This document shows, in pieces, positions 19,175 to 30,661 of a stretch of 64,000 bases of DNA. Every line of letters starts with the position of its first letter. The first letter of the stretch is position 1. The position numbers were made by a program, and so were the translations under genes. This DNA is from Escherichia coli (GTDB lineage Bacteria > Pseudomonadota > Gammaproteobacteria > Enterobacterales > Enterobacteriaceae): NCBI RefSeq assembly GCF_965641715.1, contig NZ_OZ282453.1; one strand, 5' to 3'. The notes beneath the pieces are model-generated. The model saw only the letters and a list, made by a program, of their open reading frames with translations. It did not search any database and was not told where the DNA came from.

Positions 19175-19851
19175 CACCGGACATTATCCTGCAGCGTACC
19201 GGGATCGACGTGAGAGCTATCGTGCAGGGGGATGATGCGTGGCACAAATTACGGCTCGGCGTCATCACAGCTTCAGAAGTTCACAACGTGATAGCAAAAC
19301 CCCGCTCCGGAAAGAAATGGCCTGACATGAAAATGTCCTACTTCCACACCCTGCTTGCCGAGGTTTGCACCGGTGTGGCTCCGGAAATTAATGCTAAGGC
19401 GCTGGCCTGGGGAAAACAGTACGAGAACGACGCCAGAACCCTGTTTGAATTCACTTCCGGCGTGAATGTTACTGAATCCCCGATCATCTATCGCGACGAA
19501 AGTATGCGCACCGCCTGCTCTCCCGATGGTTTATGCAGTGACGGCAACGGCCTTGAGCTGAAATGCCCGTTTACCTCCCGGGATTTCATGAAGTTCCGGC
19601 TCGGTGGTTTCGAGGCCATAAAATCGGCTTACATGGCCCAGGTGCAGTACAGCATGTGGGTGACGCGAAAAGATGCCTGGTACTTTTCCAACTATGACCC
19701 GCGTATGAAGCGTGAAGGCCTGCACTATGTCGTGGTTGAGCGGGATGAAAAGTACATGGCGAGTTTTGACGAGATGGTGCCGGAGTTCATCGAAAAAATG
19801 GACGAGGCACTGGCTGAAATTGGTTTTGTATTTGGGGAGCAATGGAAATGA
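19171..19851 (+). CDS. exo: lambda exonuclease (Red alpha)
   Basis: 226 aa [65 protein letters not shown]... nearly identical to lambda Exo as recalled. Confidence 0.9.
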   Translation: MTPDIILQRTGIDVRAIVQGDDAWHKLRLGVITASEVHNVIAKPRSGKKWPDMKMSYFHTLLAEVCTGVAPEINAKALAWGKQYENDARTLFEFTSGVNVTESPIIYRDESMRTACSPDGLCSDGNGLELKCPFTSRDFMKFRLGGFEAIKSAYMAQVQYSMWVTRKDAWYFSNYDPRMKREGLHYVVVERDEKYMASFDEMVPEFIEKMDEALAEIGFVFGEQWK

Positions 19852-20078
19852 GCGCAGCCATAAAGCTCACAGGAGAAAAACCAGTGCTATACACAAAAGT
19901 CAAACCATGTCCGTTTTGTGGTTGTCCATCAGTAACGGTGAAAGCCATTTCAGGATATTACCGCGCAAAGTGTAACGGATGCGAATCCCGAACTGGCTAT
20001 AGTGGAAGTGAAAAAGAAGCACTCGAAAGATGGAATAAACGAACTACTGGAAATAATAATGGAGGTGTTCATGTATAA
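19842..20078 (+). CDS. ralR: Lar/RalR-like restriction-alleviation protein
   Basis: 78 aa with CPFCGC and CNGCES zinc-ribbon motifs; position between exo and ydaC as in Rac. Confidence 0.55.
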   Translation: MEMSAAIKLTGEKPVLYTKVKPCPFCGCPSVTVKAISGYYRAKCNGCESRTGYSGSEKEALERWNKRTTGNNNGGVHV

Positions 20079-20259
20079 AATTACCGCCACTATTGAAAAG
20101 GAAGGTGGCACTCCTACTAAATGGACAAGATATTCAAAATCTAAACTAACGAAATCAGAATGCGAAAAAATGCGCTCAGGTAAAAAAGAAGCAGGCGTTT
20201 CCAGAGAGCAGAAAGTAAAACTGATAAATTTTAATTGCGAGAAACGTCAGTCCTCGTGA
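20059..20259 (+). CDS. ydaC: YdaC-like protein (DUF1187)
   Basis: [43 protein letters not shown]...; start uncertain. Confidence 0.5.
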   Translation: MEVFMYKITATIEKEGGTPTKWTRYSKSKLTKSECEKMRSGKKEAGVSREQKVKLINFNCEKRQSS

Positions 20260-20358
20260 ATTGCATTGTATTCAAATTAAAACTTCATAGCTGATTATTA
20301 ATAATCAACATCGGGCGTCAATTTCAGTCTAACATTGGCGCCTGCCAGAGGTGATGCG

Positions 20359-20574
20359 ATGGCACAAGTAATCTTTAATGAAGAGTGGATGGTTGAATAC
20401 GGCCTGATGCTTCGCACTGGTCTGGGGGCCAGACAAATTGAAGCATACCGCCAGAACTGTTGGGTGGAGGGCTTCCACTTCAAACGAGTATCTCCTTTAG
20501 GTAAGCCAGACAGCAAACGAGGGATTATCTGGTACAACTATCCAAAGATAAATCAGTTTATCAAAGATTCATGA
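20359..20574 (+). CDS. xisR: excisionase (XisR-like)
   Basis: 71 aa from [33 protein letters not shown]; immediately upstream of int. Confidence 0.7.
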   Translation: MAQVIFNEEWMVEYGLMLRTGLGARQIEAYRQNCWVEGFHFKRVSPLGKPDSKRGIIWYNYPKINQFIKDS

Positions 20575-20575
20575 T

Positions 20576-21811
20576 ATGTCTAAATTACCAACAGGTGTCG
20601 AGATTAGAGGTAGATACATTCGCATCTGGTTCATGTTTCGAGGAAAACGATGTCGGGAAACATTAAAAGGCTGGGAGATTACAAACAGTAATATTAAAAA
20701 GGCCGGAAATTTAAGAGCGCTGATAGTTCATGAAATAAACTCCGGTGAATTTGAGTATTTAAGACGTTTTCCCCAGTCCAGCACTGGGGCAAAAATGGTG
20801 ACAACGAGAGTCATAAAAACGTTCGGGGAGCTTTGTGATATCTGGACAAAAATTAAAGAGACAGAGTTAACAACAAACACAATGAAGAAAACGAAATCAC
20901 AATTAAAAACACTCAGAATAATAATTTGTGAAAGTACCCCGATATCACATATTCGTTATAGCGATATCTTAAACTACCGGAATGAACTGCTGCATGGAGA
21001 AACGCTTTACCTGGATAATCCAAGATCCAACAAAAAAGGAAGAACCGTGCGCACAGTTGATAACTATATCGCCCTGCTCTGTTCGCTGTTACGTTTTGCG
21101 TATCAGTCGGGATTTATATCAACCAAACCATTTGAAGGAGTAAAAAAATTACAGCGAAACAGAATAAAGCCTGATCCGTTATCTAAAACAGAATTCAATG
21201 CATTAATGGAAAGTGAAAAAGGACAGAGCCAAAACTTGTGGAAATTTGCCGTTTACTCAGGACTTCGTCACGGGGAACTGGCAGCTCTGGCGTGGGAGGA
21301 TGTGGATCTCGAAAAGGGAATAGTGAATGTCAGAAGAAACCTGACGATACTTGATATGTTCGGTCCCCCAAAAACAAATGCCGGGATCCGGACAGTAACA
21401 CTACTGCAGCCTGCTCTTGAAGCACTGAAGGAGCAATACAAACTGACCGGACATCATCGCAAAAGCGAAATCACCTTTTATCATAGGGAGTACGGCAGAA
21501 CCGAAAAGCAAAAACTGCATTTTGTTTTCATGCCCAGGATGTGTAACGGAAAACAGAAACCTTATTACTCGGTAAGCAGTTTGGGGGCAAGGTGGAATGC
21601 AACAGTAAAACGTGCTGGTATTCGCCGCCGTAATCCGTACCATACGCGGCATACTTTTGCCTGCTGGCTGTTGACGGCAGGAGCGAACCCGGCATTTATA
21701 GCCAGCCAGATGGGGCATGAAACTGCGCAGATGGTGTATGAAATTTACGGTATGTGGATTGATGACATGAACGACGAACAGGTAGCCATGTTGAATGCGC
21801 GGTTATCGTAG
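20576..21811 (+). CDS. intR: tyrosine integrase (IntR-like)
   Basis: 411 aa; C-terminal catalytic region with HTRHTFACWLLTAGANPAFIASQMGHE; adjacent to ttcA start. Confidence 0.9.
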   Translation: MSKLPTGVEIRGRYIRIWFMFRGKRCRETLKGWEITNSNIKKAGNLRALIVHEINSGEFEYLRRFPQSSTGAKMVTTRVIKTFGELCDIWTKIKETELTTNTMKKTKSQLKTLRIIICESTPISHIRYSDILNYRNELLHGETLYLDNPRSNKKGRTVRTVDNYIALLCSLLRFAYQSGFISTKPFEGVKKLQRNRIKPDPLSKTEFNALMESEKGQSQNLWKFAVYSGLRHGELAALAWEDVDLEKGIVNVRRNLTILDMFGPPKTNAGIRTVTLLQPALEALKEQYKLTGHHRKSEITFYHREYGRTEKQKLHFVFMPRMCNGKQKPYYSVSSLGARWNATVKRAGIRRRNPYHTRHTFACWLLTAGANPAFIASQMGHETAQMVYEIYGMWIDDMNDEQVAMLNARLS

Positions 21812-21862
21812 TTGCAAAGTTTGCCCCCAATTTGCCCCATTTAGTACCAGAGAACTGAAATA

Positions 21863-22798
21863 ATGCAAGAAAATCAAAAGAATACGAAGAAAGAACAATA
21901 CAATCTGAACAAATTACAAAAACGCCTGCGTCGTAACGTGGGCGAAGCCATTGCTGACTTCAATATGATTGAAGAAGGCGATCGCATCATGGTTTGCCTC
22001 TCCGGGGGTAAAGACAGCTATACCATGCTGGAGATTCTGCGCAATTTGCAGCAAAGCGCGCCAATCAATTTTTCGCTGGTGGCTGTTAACCTCGATCAAA
22101 AGCAACCGGGCTTCCCGGAACACGTTCTGCCCGAGTATCTTGAAAAGCTGGGCGTTGAGTACAAGATTGTTGAAGAGAACACTTACGGTATCGTGAAAGA
22201 GAAGATTCCAGAGGGCAAAACCACTTGCTCACTGTGTTCTCGCCTTCGTCGCGGTATTCTTTATCGTACCGCAACGGAACTGGGGGCGACGAAGATCGCG
22301 CTGGGTCACCATCGTGACGATATCCTGCAGACGCTGTTCTTAAATATGTTCTACGGCGGCAAGATGAAAGGTATGCCTCCGAAACTGATGAGCGATGATG
22401 GCAAACATATCGTTATTCGTCCGCTGGCCTACTGCCGCGAGAAAGATATTCAGCGATTTGCCGATGCAAAAGCGTTCCCGATTATTCCGTGCAACCTGTG
22501 CGGTTCACAGCCTAACCTGCAACGTCAGGTGATTGCTGACATGTTGCGTGACTGGGATAAACGTTATCCAGGGCGTATCGAGACGATGTTCAGCGCGATG
22601 CAGAATGTGGTGCCGTCGCATCTGTGCGATACCAACCTGTTCGATTTCAAAGGCATCACCCACGGTTCTGAAGTGGTTAACGGGGGTGATCTGGCGTTTG
22701 ATCGCGAAGAGATCCCACTACAACCGGCGGGCTGGCAGCCAGAAGAAGATGAAAATCAGTTGGATGAGTTACGGCTGAATGTGGTTGAAGTGAAATAA
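21863..22798 (+). CDS. ttcA: tRNA 2-thiocytidine(32) synthetase TtcA
   Basis: 311 aa with PP-loop SGGKDS and CxxC motifs; matches TtcA. Confidence 0.9.
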   Translation: MQENQKNTKKEQYNLNKLQKRLRRNVGEAIADFNMIEEGDRIMVCLSGGKDSYTMLEILRNLQQSAPINFSLVAVNLDQKQPGFPEHVLPEYLEKLGVEYKIVEENTYGIVKEKIPEGKTTCSLCSRLRRGILYRTATELGATKIALGHHRDDILQTLFLNMFYGGKMKGMPPKLMSDDGKHIVIRPLAYCREKDIQRFADAKAFPIIPCNLCGSQPNLQRQVIADMLRDWDKRYPGRIETMFSAMQNVVPSHLCDTNLFDFKGITHGSEVVNGGDLAFDREEIPLQPAGWQPEEDENQLDELRLNVVEVK

Positions 22799-22845
22799 CC
22801 AGGATAGCGCCCGATGCGCAAGCGTATCGGGCTACTCTTATGGAG

Positions 22846-22879
22846 GCCGGATAAGACGCGGCCAGCGTCGCATCCGGCA
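22846..22879. repeat. REP (palindromic unit) element
   Basis: GCCGGATAAGACGCGGCCAGCGTCGCATCCGGCA between convergent ttcA and dbpA. Confidence 0.55.
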
Positions 22880-22926
22880 ATCCCGAATAAGATGTTTACT
22901 CTTGCACCCGGCAATTCAACATTTCA

Positions 22927-24300
22927 TTATTTTAATAACCGCACCCGGCACGTTTTTCCTTTAATCTTCCCGCCCTGTAACTGTTTCCATGCTTTATGAG
23001 CAACAGCCTGACGGACCGCGACATAGACATGCGCCGGATGCACGGCGATTTTGCCAATATCTGCGCCATCAAGCCCGATATCTCCTGTCAGTGCACCTAA
23101 TACATCACCCGGGCGCATTTTGGCTTTTTTCCCGCCATCGATACACAACGTTGCCATTTCTGCTTCCAGCGTCACAATGGAACTATTAGCTGGCGGCGTT
23201 TGCCAGTTAAGTTTTATCTGCAACATGTCAGAAATGATATTGGCCCGCTGTGCTTCTTCCGGAGCACAGAAACTGATCGCCAGACCGCTATTTCCTGCAC
23301 GAGCTGTACGACCGATGCGATGTACATGAACTTCAGGGTCCCACGCCAGCTCAAAGTTCACCACCAGCTCAAGCGATTTAATATCCAGACCACGCGCAGC
23401 AACATCAGTCGCGACCAGTACACGGGCGCTACCGTTAGCAAAACGTACCAGGGTCTGATCGCGATCGCGTTGCTCCAGATCGCCGTGTAATGACAATGCA
23501 CTTTGCCCTACTTCATTCAGCGCGTCGCAGACAGCCTGGCAATCTTTTTTGGTATTGCAAAACACCACGCAAGAGGATGGCTGATGCAAGCTTAATAACC
23601 GTTGCAACAGAGGAATTTTGCCTTTGCTGGATGTCTCATAAAATTGTTGTTCAATGGGTGGCAAAGCATCTGTTGAGTCAATTTCAATCGCCAAAGGATC
23701 GCGTTGCACTCGTCCGCTGATTGCAGCGATGGCTTCCGGCCAGGTTGCCGAAAACAGAAGCGTCTGTCGAGATGCAGGCGCAAAACGGATGACATCATCA
23801 ATGGCATCGCTAAATCCCATATCCAGCATGCGGTCGGCCTCATCCATCACCAAAGTATTCAGCGCATCCAGTGATACCGTGCCTTTTTGCAAGTGATCCA
23901 GCAAACGACCCGGCGTTGCCACGATAATATGCGGCGCATGTTGCAACGAATCACGCTGCATACCGAACGGTTGACCACCGCACAACGTCAAAATTTTGGT
24001 ATTTGGCAGAAAACGCGCCAGCCGACGCAATTCACCTGCCACCTGATCCGCCAGTTCACGCGTAGGACACAGCACTAAAGCCTGGGTTTGAAATAGCGAC
24101 GCATCAATTTGCTGTAACAAGCCGAGGCCAAAAGCCGCCGTTTTGCCGCTGCCGGTTTTCGCCTGCACGCGAACATCTTTTCCGGCAAGGATCGCCGGAA
24201 GCGCGGCGGCCTGCACCGGCGTCATGGTTAAATAACCCAACTCATTAAGGTTCGTGAGTTGGGCGGGAGGCAAAACATTCAGGGTAGAAAAAGCGGTCAC
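22927..24300 (-). CDS. dbpA: ATP-dependent RNA helicase DbpA (DEAD-box)
   Basis: 457 aa; GSGKT Walker A, DEAD box (VMDEADRML), C-terminal RNA-binding domain. Confidence 0.9.
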   Translation of the reverse strand: MTAFSTLNVLPPAQLTNLNELGYLTMTPVQAAALPAILAGKDVRVQAKTGSGKTAAFGLGLLQQIDASLFQTQALVLCPTRELADQVAGELRRLARFLPNTKILTLCGGQPFGMQRDSLQHAPHIIVATPGRLLDHLQKGTVSLDALNTLVMDEADRMLDMGFSDAIDDVIRFAPASRQTLLFSATWPEAIAAISGRVQRDPLAIEIDSTDALPPIEQQFYETSSKGKIPLLQRLLSLHQPSSCVVFCNTKKDCQAVCDALNEVGQSALSLHGDLEQRDRDQTLVRFANGSARVLVATDVAARGLDIKSLELVVNFELAWDPEVHVHRIGRTARAGNSGLAISFCAPEEAQRANIISDMLQIKLNWQTPPANSSIVTLEAEMATLCIDGGKKAKMRPGDVLGALTGDIGLDGADIGKIAVHPAHVYVAVRQAVAHKAWKQLQGGKIKGKTCRVRLLK

Positions 24301-24329
24301 AATCTATTCTCGTGGTCATCGACGCAAAG

Positions 24330-24503
24330 TTAGCAGGCGCGTATCCTCGCAGATCTACGCTCACGATGCGACAATTTAATCGGTTCTTCATCGGGTGGTG
24401 GGTCAGGCATGGGTTGCGGGCGAGGGATCGGATCGGGCACTGGAACAGGATCGCCAGGAATCGGTTCAGGGACAGGAATTTGCAAATAAATAAGTGTCGT
24501 CAT
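24330..24503 (-). CDS. small proline-rich protein (57 aa), hypothetical
   Basis: Manual translation MTTLIYLQIPVPEPIPGDPVPVPDPIPRPQPMPDPPPDEEPIKLSHRERRSARIRAC; strong GGAGGG RBS 4 nt upstream; below ORF-track cutoff. Confidence 0.45.
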   Translation of the reverse strand: MTTLIYLQIPVPEPIPGDPVPVPDPIPRPQPMPDPPPDEEPIKLSHRERRSARIRAC

Positions 24504-24559
24504 ATTTCCCTCCGGTCATTGGGTGGACTCTTAAAGGGTAGACGCTGATAAATAACAGG

Positions 24560-24590
24560 CAAAAAAAAGCCGACTCATCAAAGTCGGCGT
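24560..24590 (-). terminator. intrinsic terminator downstream of zntB
   Basis: Minus strand GCCGACTTTGATGAGTCGGC followed by TTTTTTTT. Confidence 0.5.
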
Positions 24591-24777
24591 CGTACGAATC
24601 AATTGTGCTATGCAGTAATTCAAAAAAGGAAGTAAGACAATATGGAGCGCAACGCCCATCGCTTGACGTTGCATTCACCTGCAAGAGAGATATTGCCCTG
24701 AATGGGTAGAGAGTTTATTGACTTCGCTCAAACTTTGCGGCGTTTTTGTATACAGACAGCCGGAAAAATTGCTTTTG

Positions 24778-25782
<1,005 letters not shown>

Positions 25783-26014
25783 TTATTTTGTAGTCTAGCC
25801 TTCTGGCCCTGTTACGCAACATCTCATCACCCCATTACCCTGAAATGATTAATAAAATTCTGTCTAAATTGAATACAAAAAGCAAAATGCTTTTCCGTAT
25901 ACAAACCGTGTGAAGTGTTAAATAGCGTCTATCATTATCAGAATTATCTGATCATATGACGTGCTTTTTTGCGATCGGATAGCAACAAAAATTGATAAAA
26001 ATAACGGGATCTCA

Positions 26015-27247
26015 ATGATTACGCACAACTTCAATACCCTGGACTTACTCACCAGTCCTGTCTGGATCGTTTCGCCCTTTGAGGAACAGTTAATTTATGC
26101 CAATAGCGCGGCGCGACTGTTGATGCAAGACCTCACGTTTAGTCAGCTACGAACCGGTCCCTATTCCGTCTCCTCACAAAAAGAACTGCCGAAATACCTC
26201 TCCGATCTGCAAAACCAACACGATATTATCGAAATCCTCACTGTTCAGCGTAAAGAAGAGGAAACAGCATTAAGCTGTCGGCTTGTTTTGCGAGAGCTGA
26301 CAGAAACAGAACCGGTGATTATTTTCGAAGGTATCGAAGCGCCGGCAACGCTGGGGTTAAAAGCCAGTCGCTCGGCAAATTATCAGCGCAAAAAACAAGG
26401 TTTTTATGCGCGCTTTTTTCTGACTAACTCTGCACCAATGTTGTTGATTGACCCGTCACGAGATGGACAAATCGTCGATGCTAACCTCGCCGCGCTCAAT
26501 TTCTATGGTTATAACCATGAAACGATGTGCCAAAAACATACCTGGGAAATAAATATGCTCGGGCGTCGCGTCATGCCTATCATGCATGAAATTTCGCATT
26601 TACCCGGCGGTCATAAACCTTTGAATTTTGTTCATAAACTGGCGGATGGATCTACTCGTCATGTGCAGACCTATGCCGGACCGATTGAAATTTATGGCGA
26701 CAAGCTCATGTTATGTATTGTGCATGATATTACTGAGCAAAAACGGCTGGAGGAGCAGCTGGAACATGCTGCTCACCATGACGCGATGACCGGATTACTG
26801 AATCGGCGACAGTTTTATCACATTACGGAACCAGGCCAAATGCAGCATCTCGCCATCGCTCAGGATTACAGCTTGTTGCTCATCGACACCGATCGTTTTA
26901 AACACATTAACGATCTCTATGGGCATTCTAAAGGTGATGAGGTGTTATGCGCCCTCGCCCGTACCCTCGAAAGTTGCGCTCGCAAAGGCGATTTGGTGTT
27001 TCGTTGGGGAGGCGAAGAGTTTGTCTTATTGCTACCAAGAACCCCACTGGATACCGCGCTTTCGCTGGCTGAAACTATCCGCGTAAGCGTGGCAAAAGTG
27101 AGTATTTCGGGCTTACCACGCTTTACCGTCAGCATTGGTGTGGCGCATCACGAAGGAAATGAAAGCATCGATGAACTGTTTAAACGCGTTGATGATGCTT
27201 TGTATCGGGCGAAAAATGATGGACGCAACCGCGTGCTGGCGGCATAA
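26015..27247 (+). CDS. dgcM: diguanylate cyclase DgcM (PAS-GGDEF)
   Basis: 410 aa from MITHNFNTLD; GGEEF motif (RWGGEEFVLLL). Confidence 0.85.
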   Translation: MITHNFNTLDLLTSPVWIVSPFEEQLIYANSAARLLMQDLTFSQLRTGPYSVSSQKELPKYLSDLQNQHDIIEILTVQRKEEETALSCRLVLRELTETEPVIIFEGIEAPATLGLKASRSANYQRKKQGFYARFFLTNSAPMLLIDPSRDGQIVDANLAALNFYGYNHETMCQKHTWEINMLGRRVMPIMHEISHLPGGHKPLNFVHKLADGSTRHVQTYAGPIEIYGDKLMLCIVHDITEQKRLEEQLEHAAHHDAMTGLLNRRQFYHITEPGQMQHLAIAQDYSLLLIDTDRFKHINDLYGHSKGDEVLCALARTLESCARKGDLVFRWGGEEFVLLLPRTPLDTALSLAETIRVSVAKVSISGLPRFTVSIGVAHHEGNESIDELFKRVDDALYRAKNDGRNRVLAA

Positions 27248-27267
27248 GCCGCGGATGCGTCTCGAGA

Positions 27268-27831
27268 TCAACGACTGCGCTTAGCGTGGCGCTCCCAGTT
27301 TTCTTGCTTCGCCTGCGCCGTTTTACGTAGTGCGACGTAACACGCCCCGCTGCCGCCATGATGCGGTAGCGCGGTGCAATATGCCTGAACATCATCAAAT
27401 TCGGTCAGCCAGCGCGCCACATAGCTGCGGACAATATTGGCATGCGATTTATCATCCCGCCCTTTACCATGAATAATCAGCACGTTACGCAAACCATCCG
27501 CCAGGGCTTGTTGAATAAAACTGAACACCATTTTGCGGCACTCTTCCACCGGCTGGCGCAAAAGATTCAGGCTCGCCTGTTGCGGATATTTACCACTGCG
27601 CAGCTTATCCAGCACCCCATGTTGCAACCCTTCCCGCCGAAACTCCAGCGGCTGACTTAGCGGGATAATGTCGAGAAATCCGGTGGTGAGGAAATTATCA
27701 AGCTGCAGCGTGTCGATACGCTGCGGCGCACGTTGGTTACGCGTTGGATGCCAGTGGACATCTGTAGCACGTTTCAGCGGCTGGACATCTTCCATGGCGT
27801 CAAGAAACAGCGATTTGTCGTCAAGGTTCAT
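27268..27831 (-). CDS. smrA: Smr-domain endonuclease SmrA (YdaL)
   Basis: 187 aa; C-terminal Smr domain (LIIHGKGRDD...). Confidence 0.85.
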   Translation of the reverse strand: MNLDDKSLFLDAMEDVQPLKRATDVHWHPTRNQRAPQRIDTLQLDNFLTTGFLDIIPLSQPLEFRREGLQHGVLDKLRSGKYPQQASLNLLRQPVEECRKMVFSFIQQALADGLRNVLIIHGKGRDDKSHANIVRSYVARWLTEFDDVQAYCTALPHHGGSGACYVALRKTAQAKQENWERHAKRSR

Positions 27832-28025
27832 GTAACCTCCTATGCACCTTCACACGTCGTGATTCAGACGGGTTAATTGTTCATACTTACTGCATCGTTC
27901 CCTTCACAGATTGAAACAATACTCTACTTCATACCTGTGAGTATCTGCGCAGGCGGGGCATTTTATACTAGCCTGTTAGCAGTATCGAACAGTTTAGCCC
28001 GAGTTTAATTCAGCACAGGCTCCGA

Positions 28026-29540
28026 TCAGGATGATTTATTCATAGCAGGAACCAACAAAAATGCGATAAATAACAGACCACTGATTAGCAGAAAGGTATC
28101 CGAAAATGCCATAGTTTGCGCCTCCCTCAGCATCAATTGACTCAATAATTTGGTTGAAGCCAGTATTTCCGATGTCTGGTCACTTCCACTGCGATTAAAA
28201 AATAAAGCACTTCTGGAAATGAAGTCATTCACCGTATGGGGAACAGAAACCATTTTTTCACCCATTCTCGAAAAATGAAAATTAGTTCGATTATTGAGAA
28301 TAGAGCCACACAGGGCAATACCAATCGCGCCCCCAAGATTACGTGTTAAATTAAATACACCAGAGGCTAACTTCAGCCGTTCTTTTGGAATTCCCCCCAG
28401 CGTTAATGTTACGATGGGGGCCATCGCAAACTGCTGCGAAATCCCTCTAATTGCCTGTGGAAACAGTAACTCCTGCCATCCCCATTCGTGGGTTATAGGG
28501 GTAAAAAGATACATTGAAAACACAAATCCGCCCAGCCCCGCCATCAACAGCCATCGCAGATTTATTTTTTTACTTAACCAGAAGTAAAAGGGAACAGAAA
28601 ATAACTGGAAAATACCTGTTGTGCAAACGGCAAAACCTATCTCTTCGGCATTTAATCCGCGAATCTGCCCCAAAAACACAGGTATTAAATATACAGTAGA
28701 GAATATCCCAACCCCTCCAGAAAAAGAAAAAAAACATCCCAGAGTGAAATTTTTATCCTTAAAAGCATGAAGATCCATTATCGGACTGGATATTGTAAGT
28801 GTACGCGCAGCAAATAAAATAAAACTCACCAATGCCAGAACTGATGTCAGCAAAATAGTATTATCATCCAGCCATCCCCAGCGCGCTCCTTCTTCAAGGG
28901 TATATTCCAGACATCCCAGTGTCATGGCCAACAGGATAATACTCGGATAATCAGCAACTTTCAGTAAAGAGAGGTCAGGTTTATCAAAATTAACCAGAAA
29001 AGGAATACTCAAAACTAAATATATGCCAGGTAATATATTGATATAAAATAGCCATCGCCAGTCGAGGTTATCAGTGATCCAGCCCCCCAGAGTTGGCCCT
29101 AGCGTCGGTGACAGTGAGGCCAGCGCACTGACTACCGCAGCAGCCAACCCCAACTCTTTACCCTGGTAATAAATAAACGCCGTCGTGAAAACTAAAGGGA
29201 TCATGGATGCGCCAGCAGCTCCCTGTAAAGCACGAAACAAAATCATGATCTGAATATTCCATGCAAGTCCACACGCGATACTCATTAAAGTAAATATTCC
29301 CGCGGATAGAGTAAAAAGCCAACGAGTGGAAAATACCCGTGACAGCCACCCAGAGAGCGGAATAACAATAATCTCAGCAATTAAATAGCTGGTCTGAAGC
29401 CAGGCCATTTCGTCTTTACCTGCGGACAGACCACCACCTATTTCATTTAGGGATGACGATACAATTTGAATATCAAGCTGAGCAATAAATAATCCCATAC
29501 ACATACTGGCGAAAGCAATATGTTTACGCATAGACATCAT
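28026..29540 (-). CDS. MFS drug efflux transporter, DHA2 (EmrB/QacA-like, 14 TM)
   Basis: 504 aa; multiple TM helices; translationally coupled to upstream HlyD-family gene (ATGA overlap). Confidence 0.85.
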   Translation of the reverse strand: MMSMRKHIAFASMCMGLFIAQLDIQIVSSSLNEIGGGLSAGKDEMAWLQTSYLIAEIIVIPLSGWLSRVFSTRWLFTLSAGIFTLMSIACGLAWNIQIMILFRALQGAAGASMIPLVFTTAFIYYQGKELGLAAAVVSALASLSPTLGPTLGGWITDNLDWRWLFYINILPGIYLVLSIPFLVNFDKPDLSLLKVADYPSIILLAMTLGCLEYTLEEGARWGWLDDNTILLTSVLALVSFILFAARTLTISSPIMDLHAFKDKNFTLGCFFSFSGGVGIFSTVYLIPVFLGQIRGLNAEEIGFAVCTTGIFQLFSVPFYFWLSKKINLRWLLMAGLGGFVFSMYLFTPITHEWGWQELLFPQAIRGISQQFAMAPIVTLTLGGIPKERLKLASGVFNLTRNLGGAIGIALCGSILNNRTNFHFSRMGEKMVSVPHTVNDFISRSALFFNRSGSDQTSEILASTKLLSQLMLREAQTMAFSDTFLLISGLLFIAFLLVPAMNKSS

Positions 29541-30568
29541 CTCTCATCAACACTGACGGTGACGGACAGTCCCGGGCGAAGAAGTTGCTTTAATTCCTTT
29601 GCGTCGTCAAATGCAATCCGTACCGGGACACGCTGAACAATTTTGGTGAAATTGCCAGTGGCATTTTCTATCGGAATCAAGCTGAAACTAGCTCCTGTCG
29701 CTGGGGAAAGGCTTTCAATGTGACCGTGAAACACTTCCCCTTTGAGAATATCAGCACGGATCTCAGCCTTCATTCCAGGCTTCATTCCCGCTATTTGGTT
29801 TTCTTTATAATTTGCATCAACCCACAACTCACTGACTGGTACTAGTGAAACTAACGATGTGCCGCCTTCCACCCAACTGCCTGTATGGGCGCTGCGGTTT
29901 GCGACAATGCCATCAATCGGCGCACGAACAAGGGTAAATTCCAGATCCAGTAGTGCCTGAGTCAAAGCGGCCTGAACTTCTTCGATACTCGCACGTACGT
30001 TTTCTTCCTGAGCAGATAAAACTGCCAGCCGTTGCTTCTCCACCAGGAAATCGTTCGCGGCTTTGCGCTCCTTTGCTGCGACCTGCTGGTAGTCAAACCT
30101 GGCGTTATCAATAATTTGTTGCGATATTGCCGCTGATTGTGCGAGTTTTTCATAACGTTCAGTATCTCGCAGGCGCTTTTGCTCCTCATGTTTTACTGCC
30201 TGCCATGTTTCACTTGCACTTTGAATTATCGACTGCTGCATCGCAATAGTGGCTTGAATGCTTTCGAGATTGGCTTTGCTACTTTTTATTTTTGCCTCAA
30301 GCCTGGCGACATTTGCACGATAATCCCGATCATCGAGACGCAGGATAATATCGCCTTTTTTTACGCTCTGATTATCGCGCACCTCTATAGCAGAAATATA
30401 ACCAGAAACTTTACTTGCCACCGTGGTGATATTACCACCAATGTAAGCATCATCCGTCGTCTGTATAAATCTTCCTTTGCTTACCCACCAGATAAAAAAG
30501 ACAACGCCAGTCAAAAGAATACCGATCGCTACCACCCCAATAAGCTGTTTTTTAGAAATTATCATCAC
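29537..30568 (-). CDS. HlyD-family membrane fusion protein (EmrA-like)
   Basis: 343 aa; N-terminal TM anchor, coiled-coil centre, barrel C-terminus typical of EmrA/HlyD. Confidence 0.85.
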   Translation of the reverse strand: MMIISKKQLIGVVAIGILLTGVVFFIWWVSKGRFIQTTDDAYIGGNITTVASKVSGYISAIEVRDNQSVKKGDIILRLDDRDYRANVARLEAKIKSSKANLESIQATIAMQQSIIQSASETWQAVKHEEQKRLRDTERYEKLAQSAAISQQIIDNARFDYQQVAAKERKAANDFLVEKQRLAVLSAQEENVRASIEEVQAALTQALLDLEFTLVRAPIDGIVANRSAHTGSWVEGGTSLVSLVPVSELWVDANYKENQIAGMKPGMKAEIRADILKGEVFHGHIESLSPATGASFSLIPIENATGNFTKIVQRVPVRIAFDDAKELKQLLRPGLSVTVSVDER

Positions 30569-30661
30569 TCTTTACACCGTATATATCCGGAAACTTGCAT
30601 ACGTCATATTTAAAATTTAACATGGCTTATTTGATGATTTCTGACAAAATACCTACTGTAA

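Noticed and set aside
22989-24078. Multiple plus-strand ORFs (22989..23189, 23051..23329, 23200..23490, 23490..23720, 23654..23896, 23887..24078) inside dbpA
   Set aside because: All are antisense to the well-supported dbpA CDS with no independent signals; typical antisense ORFs in a GC-balanced gene.
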